Part shown: in pieces, positions 9,353 to 16,501 of the stretch
Numbering within the stretch: position 1 is the first letter of the stretch
Layout of the letters: every line of letters starts with the position of its first letter
Sequence record: NC_041869.1
Direction: 5' to 3' (one strand)
Length of the DNA: 64,000 nt
From: Escherichia phage APECc02
Notes under the pieces: generated by a model
The model's database searches: none
Told to the model about the DNA's origin: nothing
What the model saw: only the letters and a program-made list of their open reading frames with translations
Position numbers and translations under genes: made by a program

Positions 9353-9763
9353 ATGTCTAAAATGCTATATATCGTGCGTGGTCTACCAGGGTCTGGCAAA
9401 TCAACACTGGCAAATGCGCTATCTTTAGAAGGTCTGTATCCACATTTTGAGAACGACATGTTCTGGTACGACGATGATGGAAATTACAACTGGGATGCAA
9501 GTAAAGTAACACTTGCAGCAAAATGGTGCAAAGATAACGTAGAAGATATGATGCGTATGGGATACGACCGTATCGTGGTAAGTAATACGTTTACAAAAGA
9601 AAAATATGTGCAAGAATATATTGACATGGCGATCAGTCATGGGTATAGTTATACCGTGATCGTGGTTGAAAACCGCCATGGTAATAAAAGCATTCATGAT
9701 GTTCCAGACAGGGTTGTGGATCGTATGGAACGCCAGCTTAAAAATTGCATTAAACTTAAATGA
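9353..9763 (+). CDS. polynucleotide 5'-kinase (P-loop, T4 Pnk kinase-domain-like)
   Basis: Start moved to the ATG at 9353 (GGAG RBS upstream). Walker A GLPGSGKST and IVVSNTFT resemble the T4 Pnk N-terminal kinase domain. Confidence 0.7.
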   Translation: MSKMLYIVRGLPGSGKSTLANALSLEGLYPHFENDMFWYDDDGNYNWDASKVTLAAKWCKDNVEDMMRMGYDRIVVSNTFTKEKYVQEYIDMAISHGYSYTVIVVENRHGNKSIHDVPDRVVDRMERQLKNCIKLK

Positions 9764-9770
9764 GGAATGT

Positions 9771-10325
9771 ATGAAATACTTTGTAACAAGCGACACACAC
9801 TTTCTCCACCAGCGGGTCATGGAGTTCGACTCATGTCAAAAACACAGATCTCAGTATGATCACAATCTTGACAGTATGAATGCGGGAATCATCACCGAGT
9901 GGAACTCTGTTGTGTCACCTGCAGACACTGTGTTCCACCTGGGAGATATTGCGTGCACTAATGATAAGAATATCAACAAATTGCTCCCAGATGTTCTAAA
10001 TATGTTGAACGGACATATTATTCTTGTTCGTGGTAACCATGACACAAGGACGACTGTCAGAATTATGAAAGAGTTCGGTCATGAGGTTGTAGATTATTAC
10101 GAGCTTCGCCACAACAAGAATTTGATCTGTATGAGCCATTACCAGTTTGCAAAGTGGAACAGAAAGCCTCACGGATCAGTCCAACTGTTCGGTCATGCTC
10201 ACGGAACCACACAGCAGTTGTTTGGCAGGCAGTTTGATGTCGGTTGGGATGTGTGGGGGAGACTCTTACCATTAGAAGAGGCATACCGTATTGCAATGAG
10301 TCTTGCTATTGACAGCGGGGAGTAA
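9771..10325 (+). CDS. calcineurin-like metallophosphoesterase
   Basis: Start at the ATG at 9771 (GAGGA RBS). Metallophosphatase motifs SDTHF, GDIA, GNHD and GHAHG. Confidence 0.75.
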   Translation: MKYFVTSDTHFLHQRVMEFDSCQKHRSQYDHNLDSMNAGIITEWNSVVSPADTVFHLGDIACTNDKNINKLLPDVLNMLNGHIILVRGNHDTRTTVRIMKEFGHEVVDYYELRHNKNLICMSHYQFAKWNRKPHGSVQLFGHAHGTTQQLFGRQFDVGWDVWGRLLPLEEAYRIAMSLAIDSGE

Positions 10326-10372
10326 TCCCTGCTATTTTAAAGAAAATTGCCACACAAGGAGAATCAGGAGAT

Positions 10373-10723
10373 ATGAAAGATGGGGATAAGCTGCTATATC
10401 TTAAAGTCCCCCTTGAAATACTGTCTATGTCAAAAGTTTTGAATGACACAACTGGGGAGGTTGTTGTTCTTGACTTGTATGACAAGATCGTATACTGCTA
10501 CCTGCACAACTGGTATAAGCTTGGAGGAAGTTCACGCTTCACACCCAGCACAAGGAAAATTGCAGCAGATGTTGGGATAAAGAAAACAAAAGCAGCAGCG
10601 TGCGTTAAAACTTTAGAATGTGCAGGAGTGGTTGAAATATCCACACAAGGGAGAGGTAAAAGATGCACATTTTCCAAAGTTTTGCCACCAGAAGAGGTTA
10701 TTCGAATGTCAACAACTGGTTAG
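10373..10723 (+). CDS. putative DNA-binding protein (helix-turn-helix-like)
   Basis: 116 aa; segment STRKIAADVGIKKTKAAACVKTLECAGVVEI looks like an HTH/winged helix; gene ends 75 bp upstream of the palindromic repeat array. Confidence 0.4.
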   Translation: MKDGDKLLYLKVPLEILSMSKVLNDTTGEVVVLDLYDKIVYCYLHNWYKLGGSSRFTPSTRKIAADVGIKKTKAAACVKTLECAGVVEISTQGRGKRCTFSKVLPPEEVIRMSTTG

Positions 10724-10798
10724 ACCAGTAAAAACTTAAATATCTGTACTATAAGGATTCGTATGTTTTATGTTCGCTCTGGAACAGAGGTTAGTAAC

Positions 10799-10879
10799 TG
10801 TCCGTGATACGGACACTACTGTCCGTCACGCGGACACATCTGCCCGTAATACGGACACTAACTGTCCGTGATACGGACA
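10799..10879. repeat. array of four 17-bp palindromes TGTCCG-N5-CGGACA at 21-22 bp spacing
   Basis: Copies at 10799, 10820, 10841 and 10863; copies 1 and 4 are identical (tgtccgtgatacggaca), copy 3 has one arm mismatch. Confidence 0.8.
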
Positions 10880-10921
10880 CATAAAGAATATAACTAAAAT
10901 AACTAAATAATAAAAAATAAA

Positions 10922-10981
10922 AGATCTAGTACTTATGGTACTAAGTACATATACTTAACTTATGTAGAATATACTAGATCC
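10922..10981. repeat. AT-rich region with nested inverted repeats
   Basis: agatctagta ... tactagatc flanking inverted repeat, plus internal palindromes agtacttatggtact and gtactaagtac; immediately downstream of the repeat array. Confidence 0.4.
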
Positions 10982-11383
10982 TAAGTACCATGTTTTAAAT
11001 TTATTACTTACTATGGGTAGTGTCGGCCCTTCATTGGCACTCGCCTACGAGGGGCGAGATGCCGGGCCTCCCTGGTGCACACAATAACAGAAGTGCATAC
11101 ATGCAGGTCTGTTAACATGTGTGGGAGCGAAGCGATAGCGCAGGCCAAAGGCCGAGCACTGATGTGGACCACCGACGAAAGCTTGCCAGCGCCGTAAGGA
11201 GTCGGTTGAGAGTCTCCCGCGCGAGCTTGGATGAAGTTTATGTGTGGAAACGGACAAGAAGGCCCCTAAATCGCTCCACAGCTATATAAACTATACCAGG
11301 TAAGGCAATCGCACCAGTTTGATAGAAAAGCTCGTTACAAAGCGATACAGTGAGTTTTTCTATAACTTGAAGAGGAGGTAGTT

Positions 11384-11962
11384 ATGAGTCCACGCAAAGA
11401 TGACCGTGAAAAGATTGCAAAACGTTATCAGAATGAAGAACAGATGGAGAAAACTTTCAAGTGGAAGCCAGGTTTCCAGCGTAATCATTCTAACGCTCGT
11501 GATCGTAAGCATCCGGATAAGTGGTTAACACCGCCAAATGATGGCATTCAGGTTGGTGATGAGAAGGAGCTGTCACCTGGAAAAGATGGCAACTACATTC
11601 GAACTAAGGAAGCAGGTCCAAAGGATGACAGCTATCTTGTAGATAAGGTTCTTGACGGTGTTGATGTAGGTGTTGACACTGTACGAAACCTTTTTCTTGG
11701 TTGGTATCGCACAGGGTTTTTCGACATCAAGGCTATTCGTCGTGTTTGTGATATTAAAAAGTCTGCCTACGATGATGATTCCCTACATCGCACTCTGAGA
11801 CAATACTCAGAGAGATACGGTCATCCAGTTATCACTCTTGACGATATTAACGAAGTTATGTATCATGTAGAGGTTGTTGCAGGTAGGTTCGGTGATGCAT
11901 ATCTCGGTATTCTCTCTGCAAAGGATGAGGTAATGTTAAATAAGATTTACTATGAACGCTGA
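11384..11962 (+). CDS. hypothetical protein
   Basis: 192-aa ORF with GAGGAGG RBS upstream; first gene after the noncoding block. Confidence 0.5.
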   Translation: MSPRKDDREKIAKRYQNEEQMEKTFKWKPGFQRNHSNARDRKHPDKWLTPPNDGIQVGDEKELSPGKDGNYIRTKEAGPKDDSYLVDKVLDGVDVGVDTVRNLFLGWYRTGFFDIKAIRRVCDIKKSAYDDDSLHRTLRQYSERYGHPVITLDDINEVMYHVEVVAGRFGDAYLGILSAKDEVMLNKIYYER

Positions 11963-11971
11963 GGGGCGATT

Positions 11972-12161
11972 AATGAACAATCCGGTAGCAAAGAACTGTA
12001 ATAAATTCAACAAGTCTGCGATTCACACTGACAGGAAAAAGAGTTGGTTTCCTGACATTGACGAGGAGCTTGAGAGTTACTTTGAAGATTTAGTCACCAA
12101 TGCAGAGGAGGTTGCGATTAAAGAATACGCAGACAGGAGGGATAAGGCCGGAATCTGTTGA
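11972..12161 (+). CDS. hypothetical small protein
   Basis: About 63 aa from the ATG at 11972 (GAGGGG RBS); ORF track starts 20 nt earlier. Confidence 0.35.
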
Positions 12162-12186
12162 CAAAAATAATGTTACCTGATAAGAT
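12158..12186 (+). promoter_or_regulatory. sigma70-like promoter (TTGACA-N17-TAAGAT)
   Basis: Perfect -35 hexamer, 17-nt spacer; upstream of ORF 12238-12480. Confidence 0.5.
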
Positions 12187-12237
12187 CTGCAATATGATGT
12201 GATACAATTTTAACTTACGAGGTCTACAGGTAATGCT

Positions 12238-12480
12238 ATGTTTAAGGTTAAGCTCGTTTTTCGTTCCATGAATGAGGATTATTTAGAAGATGAAGGTGAA
12301 TTTCGTGCACTGGATGATGCAATAGATTTTGCCAACGACTTAGCTTGTATGAATACGGGTTATGGGCTATGCTGTTGGGATGGTGGTGTTCAGATCGGTG
12401 ATAGCAAGATCTTCTACTTCTACCCTGAGCCCGATAACAAACAAATTAAGTATGTTTTATTTATTTGTGCTTTACAATGA
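12238..12480 (+). CDS. hypothetical protein
   Basis: 80-aa acidic ORF downstream of a consensus promoter. Confidence 0.5.
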   Translation: MFKVKLVFRSMNEDYLEDEGEFRALDDAIDFANDLACMNTGYGLCCWDGGVQIGDSKIFYFYPEPDNKQIKYVLFICALQ

Positions 12481-12767
12481 GGTTGTTTTCGTGTATCATG
12501 ATGAATATCCAATTTAAAGATGAATTTGATGGCTTTATCTCCGGATGCTTTGAAACAGGGTTCGGAGAAGGCTGAGTTACCCTTAGAGGGCTTGATAGTG
12601 CACCACACTTAAAATGGTAGGGGCAGCCAGCACATGACGATGTGACCCCAGCCAACCTGTAATAAGGTCGAGCCAAAGCGCGGTAATGGGCTCTGGTAAC
12701 CCACTTGTTGGGTCTTGCTGGTCCAGGACGCTGGACAAGTCGCAGGGAATACCACCCTGCGGCGAAC

Positions 12768-12796
12768 TTGACAATCAGTATTTGCTATGATAAAAT
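12768..12796 (+). promoter_or_regulatory. sigma70-like promoter (TTGACA-N17-TAAAAT)
   Basis: Perfect -35 and near-consensus -10 about 30 nt upstream of the ATG at 12826. Confidence 0.55.
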
Positions 12797-12825
12797 CCAC
12801 CTATCACGTGATAATGGAGGAAACA

Positions 12826-13163
12826 TGGCGGATACAACTAAAAAGCGTCGCCGTAGAGGCAGACCTCTGAAAGAGGAGTCCAACGCCATTCAGCTAGAGA
12901 AGAACATCCTTGATATGAAGGAATCTTTTATAGCGATGGTTCCAGAAGCTCACAAAGTTTTAAGAGAGCTGATGTTGGACCCGAAAACCAAACAAAATAT
13001 TCGTCAAAGCATTGCAGAGTATGTTCTTGATAAGGCAGACCGAATGCAGGAAGAATATGATGAGATGTTTGGTGAAGAGGAAGAGGTGGTAGTAGAAGAG
13101 GCTGAAAAACCAGCACCTTTTATGCCATTTACCACAGAAATACAGCCTGTTGGCAATAGTTAA
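12826..13163 (+). CDS. hypothetical protein with basic N-terminus and acidic C-terminus
   Basis: Start moved to the ATG at 12826 (GGAGG RBS); KKRRRRGRP N-terminus, EEEEVVVEE tail. The track's 12705 start would run through the promoter. Confidence 0.5.
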
Positions 13164-13172
13164 AATATTTTC

Positions 13173-13201
13173 TTGACAAACTTTGCTTAACAGTGTAATA
13201 T
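13173..13201 (+). promoter_or_regulatory. sigma70 promoter (TTGACA-N17-TAATAT) for the tRNA cluster
   Basis: Consensus hexamers about 60 nt upstream of the first tRNA. Confidence 0.6.
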
Positions 13202-13259
13202 TGTAAACATGGTCTCCCACCTTTTCTGGCGGCTAAGGTGTAAAAGAAAGCCACCCAGT

Positions 13260-13334
13260 GCCCTGTTAGCTTAGTGGATAAAGCAGCGGCCTTCTAAGCC
13301 GTTGACACTGGTTCGAGTCCAGTACGGGGTGCCA
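13260..13334 (+). tRNA. tRNA-Arg (anticodon TCT)
   Basis: Hand-folded cloverleaf: acceptor gccctgt/acggggt (two G-U pairs), D stem gctt/aagc, anticodon loop cttctaa, T arm actgg-ttcgagt-ccagt, encoded CCA. Confidence 0.75.
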
Positions 13335-13338
13335 AATT

Positions 13339-13425
13339 GGGGAGTTATCCCGTAGAGGTAGCGGTGTAGACTGTAAATCTATTGTCATTGCGACTCGGGT
13401 GGTTCGACTCCACCACTCCCCACCA
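13339..13425 (+). tRNA. tRNA-Tyr (anticodon GTA), long variable arm
   Basis: Acceptor ggggagt/actcccc, anticodon loop ctgtaaa, T arm ggtgg-ttcgact-ccacc, encoded CCA; 87 nt type II. Confidence 0.75.
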
Positions 13426-13539
13426 AATTTACATTTTTAAATGCATAAATCATACAGATAATGGCATTGATATTTATCGTCGTTTATACTAGTCACTAAC
13501 TGCTCGAAAATCAGTGTCATTATCAGTATTGTTTATAAA

Positions 13540-13630
13540 TGAGGGTAGGGAGCAATGGTGCTCAAGCGGTCTTGAAAACCGTCCCGTTGAGGATGACTCG
13601 ATGATGGTTCGATTCCATTACCCTCAGCCA
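13540..13630 (+). tRNA. tRNA-Ser (anticodon TGA), long variable arm
   Basis: Acceptor tgagggt/accctca, anticodon stem-loop gcggt-cttgaaa-accgt, T loop ttcgatt, encoded CCA; 91 nt. Confidence 0.7.
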
Positions 13631-13728
13631 TATTGTTGACCTTGTAATTAAGCGAAAGCCGGAAGCAGAACCGGATTATCAAATGTTACAGTCGTCATCG
13701 CCGACTAGCAACATGGTCAACATACTGA

Positions 13729-13825
13729 GCTAGGTAAGCCCTTTGGCAAGGGCGAGGATTTTTAATCCTGAAAATAGACGAGGTAGTCGTTGAATACATA
13801 GGTGGTTCGATTCCATCACCTAGCA
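13729..13825 (+). tRNA. tRNA-like gene, identity ambiguous (anticodon possibly TTT, Lys)
   Basis: Perfect acceptor gctaggt/acctagc, D stem gccc/gggc, T arm ggtgg-ttcgatt-ccatc, but about 30 nt between anticodon arm and T arm, no position-26 spacer, no encoded CCA. Confidence 0.4.
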
Positions 13826-13832
13826 CCTTTTT

Positions 13833-13908
13833 GCTGATGTAGCACAATTGGTAGTGCAATTGATTTGTAATCAATAGGTTGCAGGTTCGAGTCCTGCTAT
13901 CAGCACCA
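13833..13908 (+). tRNA. tRNA-Thr (anticodon TGT)
   Basis: Acceptor gctgatg/tatcagc, D stem gcac/gtgc, anticodon arm attga-tttgtaa-tcaat, T arm gcagg-ttcgagt-cctgc, CCA; 76 nt. Confidence 0.8.
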
Positions 13909-13909
13909 T

Positions 13910-13984
13910 GGCCCTGTAGCTGGAAGGTTCAAGCAAGCGACTCATAATCGCCAGACGGTGGTTCAATTCCACCCAGGGCCACCA
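13910..13984 (+). tRNA. tRNA with CAT anticodon (Met, or Ile2 read via lysidine)
   Basis: Acceptor ggccctg/cagggcc, anticodon loop ctcataa, T arm ggtgg-ttcaatt-ccacc, CCA. The anticodon arm gcgactcataatcgc resembles bacterial tRNA-Ile2 as I recall it. Confidence 0.7.
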
Positions 13985-13995
13985 AATAATAAATA

Positions 13996-14072
13996 CTCCG
14001 CGTAGCTCAGCTTGGTAGAGCGCCTGATTTGGGATCAGGAGGTCGAGTGTTCGAATCACTCCGTGGAGACCA
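13996..14072 (+). tRNA. tRNA-Pro (anticodon TGG)
   Basis: Acceptor ctccgcg/cgtggag with C1-G72, D arm gctc-agcttggta-gagc, anticodon arm cctga-tttggga-tcagg, T arm gagtg-ttcgaat-cactc, CCA. Confidence 0.8.
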
Positions 14073-14118
14073 CTTTCAGTTATACTTTAAACATATACAA
14101 ACAAAAGGAACCTTTAAA

Positions 14119-14388
14119 ATGTATACACTTAAAATTGTAGAGCGTGTAAATCCAACCCATACTGTAGATTTTCGTGACGATTTCAATCCTCTGGCTGTAA
14201 ATCTTCGAGAGTCATATCATGAACTCAGCTGCGATGCAGTGGTGGTCTTTTTTGAAGACAACTCTGAAGGGGCAGTAGCTTGTGTTGTTGATAGTGAGCA
14301 GAAGTTTTATATTTACAGAGATGTAGATGCATACTTGATGAATGAAAATGCAGTTACTGTTAGAATCATCCACCGAGTGCCTCGATAA
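14119..14388 (+). CDS. hypothetical protein
   Basis: Start moved to the ATG at 14119 (AAGGAA RBS); the track start at 14029 lies inside tRNA-Pro. 89 aa. Confidence 0.45.
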   Translation: MYTLKIVERVNPTHTVDFRDDFNPLAVNLRESYHELSCDAVVVFFEDNSEGAVACVVDSEQKFYIYRDVDAYLMNENAVTVRIIHRVPR

Positions 14389-14440
14389 GTATTAGTCTCC
14401 TTTTAGTTAGTTTCGATCTATTTAGGTTACTCAATTTTAA

Positions 14441-14485
14441 CCCGCCCCGTTAGCTGTATAGCTGTATAGCTGCGGGGTTTTTTCG
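14441..14485 (+). terminator. putative rho-independent terminator
   Basis: GC stem cccgc/gcggg with a large loop holding a gctgtatagctgtatagctg tandem, then a 7-T run. Confidence 0.5.
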
Positions 14486-14501
14486 TTTCTGGAGCCTTAA
14501 A

Positions 14502-14900
14502 ATGATTTCAGTTTTAACATGGCTGAGTAGGTATAGAGGGATCATAAAAGGTTTAGTTTTTGCAGCTGCGCTAGGTACAGCTTATCTTGGGGCCGTATAT
14601 TGGTTTAACTCTAAGCTTAATGAAGCCTACCAAGAGGGTGTGTCAGCAACAGAGTTAAAGTGGGAACGGATCCTTGATCAGCAACAAAAGCAGGCCGACA
14701 AAATTAAAATGGGCCACGCAGAGGAGGTTAAAAACCTTGAAAAATCCCTTTCTGATCTGCAGGATAAATTAAATATGGCTGAGAAGGCAGGTAAAGAAAA
14801 GCAGATTATCTACCTCCAGTCACCTGAAGGCAAGAAGTCAACACTTCCTGATCAGCTTATAGATATTTATAATGAGAGTATCAATCAGGAGGATCAATGA
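14502..14900 (+). CDS. putative i-spanin (Rz-like)
   Basis: 132 aa; single N-terminal transmembrane segment (GLVFAAALGTAYLGAVYWF) then charged coiled-coil-like sequence; overlaps the next gene by 4 nt. Confidence 0.55.
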   Translation: MISVLTWLSRYRGIIKGLVFAAALGTAYLGAVYWFNSKLNEAYQEGVSATELKWERILDQQQKQADKIKMGHAEEVKNLEKSLSDLQDKLNMAEKAGKEKQIIYLQSPEGKKSTLPDQLIDIYNESINQEDQ

Positions 14901-15184
14901 GAGTTGCTACACTGTTTATTGCGTGCTTGTTATTATGTGGGTGTGCAACCAGCGTTGAGAGAGAATACAAGATTGACCCTCCGGATGTAGGAAGGTTGAT
15001 TGTTAAACCCCCGGAAGGTGCCATGAAACCACCTGCTAAAGCTATGCCTTTGAAGAAAGGTGCTCCAGATGCAGTAAATTCTGGCATTATGAGGGATAAT
15101 AATTTGTCTTGTAGCAATGATAGAGCTAAATTGATCATTTTGCAAGACTATATTAGAACACTGTTTCCAAAGGAGAGAGGTTAA
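14897..15184 (+). CDS. putative o-spanin (Rz1-like lipoprotein)
   Basis: 95 aa; signal peptide ending in a lipobox-like LLCGC, proline-rich mature part; stop overlaps the terminase start codon. Confidence 0.55.
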   Translation: MRVATLFIACLLLCGCATSVEREYKIDPPDVGRLIVKPPEGAMKPPAKAMPLKKGAPDAVNSGIMRDNNLSCSNDRAKLIILQDYIRTLFPKERG

Positions 15185-15618
15185 TGTCTAAGATTTCTAA
15201 GATTTACGGACCGTGTTCTGAAAAGCAGAAGATGATCCTCGAAAACGATGCAGATATTTTGGTAATCGGCGGTGCCGCAGGGTCTGGCAAGTCGTTCCTC
15301 TTGCAGTTGATGCCGCTTAAAATTATTGATGACCCACACAGCTCTGTGGTTATGTTCCGAAGAACAACCCCGCAGTTGGAAGGTGAGGGTGGACTATGGC
15401 CTAAAGCAGTAGCTATTTATAGTGATCTGCCTGAAAACATTAAGCCAAAGTTTAGAGAGAAGGATCATAAGTTCATTTTTCCACGGTTTGATCCGAGCAC
15501 TGGCAAGTGGGATAGAAGCAAAAAGGGAGCTGTTGTAAAATACTGCCACATGGAGTATGTACAAGATAAGCTTAACCATCAGGGGCTTGAGTACACCATG
15601 GTTTGCTTCGATGAGGGT
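15184..15618 (+). CDS. terminase large subunit, exon 1 (ATPase N-terminal part)
   Basis: Walker A VIGGAAGSGKSF; ORF stops immediately after the Walker B-like MVCFDEG, with the rest of the protein in another frame about 0.9 kb downstream. Confidence 0.75.
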
Positions 15619-16501
15619 TAATTTGTAGCTCTCGTAAAACCTCCCTAATTGCGGGGAAATCTTTATTATTGACACCACCAACCTGTTATGGTAACATAAT
15701 AGAGGCTTCGAAGAGAGATCGAAGGTATGGTAACAGTGTGTTAATTTAGATAATCCGCAGCGAAGCATCCGAGAGGATGAACGTTCAACGACTAGTCGAA
15801 AGACGTAGAATCAAGCGATTCGAAACGGGAGGGTGAATGTGTAATACTAAAAAATGTATGGATTGCCAAAGAGTTCTGCCTATTGATGATTTCTTTTTAT
15901 CATCTAAGAGCAAGGATGGATACTCAGGTACATGCAAGGAATGCTATATGTACTACAGGAAGGGTGGATCTCGTAAAAACAAAAATATGGTTAAGAGAGA
16001 TGACGCAGCATTGTTTATTCAAGACTTGCTGAAGAAAGGTGAACTTTTTGAATGCAAATCTTGTCATGAAAGTATGCTCGCTGATAGTTTTTACACAAAA
16101 CGTGACTATGGTAAAGTATATCTGGTTACGAACAGGTGTAAGATGTGTGAAAAGTTTTATCAGATTGAGAAGAAATTTCACATAACAAAAGATGAATACT
16201 ATCGTCTACTCTCAGATCAAGATCATAAGTGTGCCATTTGTAGAATATCTCTTAATGAGTATAGGACGCAAGGGTACAGAGATTTCTTTTGTGTTGATCA
16301 TGACCATAAAACTGGTGCTGTAAGAGGGTTGCTTTGTGATAAATGCAACAGAGCTTTAGGTTTCTTCCAAGAAGATGAGGAAACTATTCTTAGAGCGGCA
16401 GAGTATTTACACATTCATAAGATATAGTCTGGTCTGCATGGAGACATGCAGCTGCCTGAAAATGGCGGGGCAAGACTAGCGACCTTGCCCGAACATAAAC
16501 G
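15619..16501 (+). mobile_element. putative group I intron carrying an HNH homing endonuclease
   Basis: Intervening 883 nt between the two terminase parts; proposed 5' exon ends in T (15618) and intervening sequence ends in G (16501); free-standing HNH ORF inside; boundaries approximate. Confidence 0.55.
15837..16427 (+). CDS. HNH homing endonuclease (endonuclease VII-like motif)
   Basis: 196 aa; Cys-rich N-terminal zinc-finger-like region and CVDHDHKTGAVRGLLCDKCNRALG motif. Confidence 0.8.
   Translation: MCNTKKCMDCQRVLPIDDFFLSSKSKDGYSGTCKECYMYYRKGGSRKNKNMVKRDDAALFIQDLLKKGELFECKSCHESMLADSFYTKRDYGKVYLVTNRCKMCEKFYQIEKKFHITKDEYYRLLSDQDHKCAICRISLNEYRTQGYRDFFCVDHDHKTGAVRGLLCDKCNRALGFFQEDEETILRAAEYLHIHKI

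Noticed and set aside
10799-10879. Possible CRISPR array
   Set aside because: Only four copies, each repeat is itself a palindrome, and the gaps between them are 4-5 bp rather than spacer-length; no cas genes. More consistent with protein-binding sites.
11045-11257. 70-aa minus-strand ORF inside the GC-rich island
   Set aside because: Low-complexity Arg/Ser/Pro-rich translation, no RBS, and it lies in a region whose composition suggests structured noncoding sequence; treated as a chance ORF.
12705-12825. N-terminal extension of ORF 12705-13163 as given in the ORF track
   Set aside because: The extension would run through a consensus promoter and a strong hairpin; the ATG at 12826 has a GGAGG RBS and starts the basic KKRRRR N-terminus.
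14029-14118. Upstream start of ORF 14029-14388
   Set aside because: This start lies inside tRNA-Pro (13996-14072); the ATG at 14119 with an AAGGAA RBS is the more plausible start.
14455-14475. Tandem gctgtata repeat
   Set aside because: It is the loop of a terminator-like hairpin, too short to be a meaningful repeat element.
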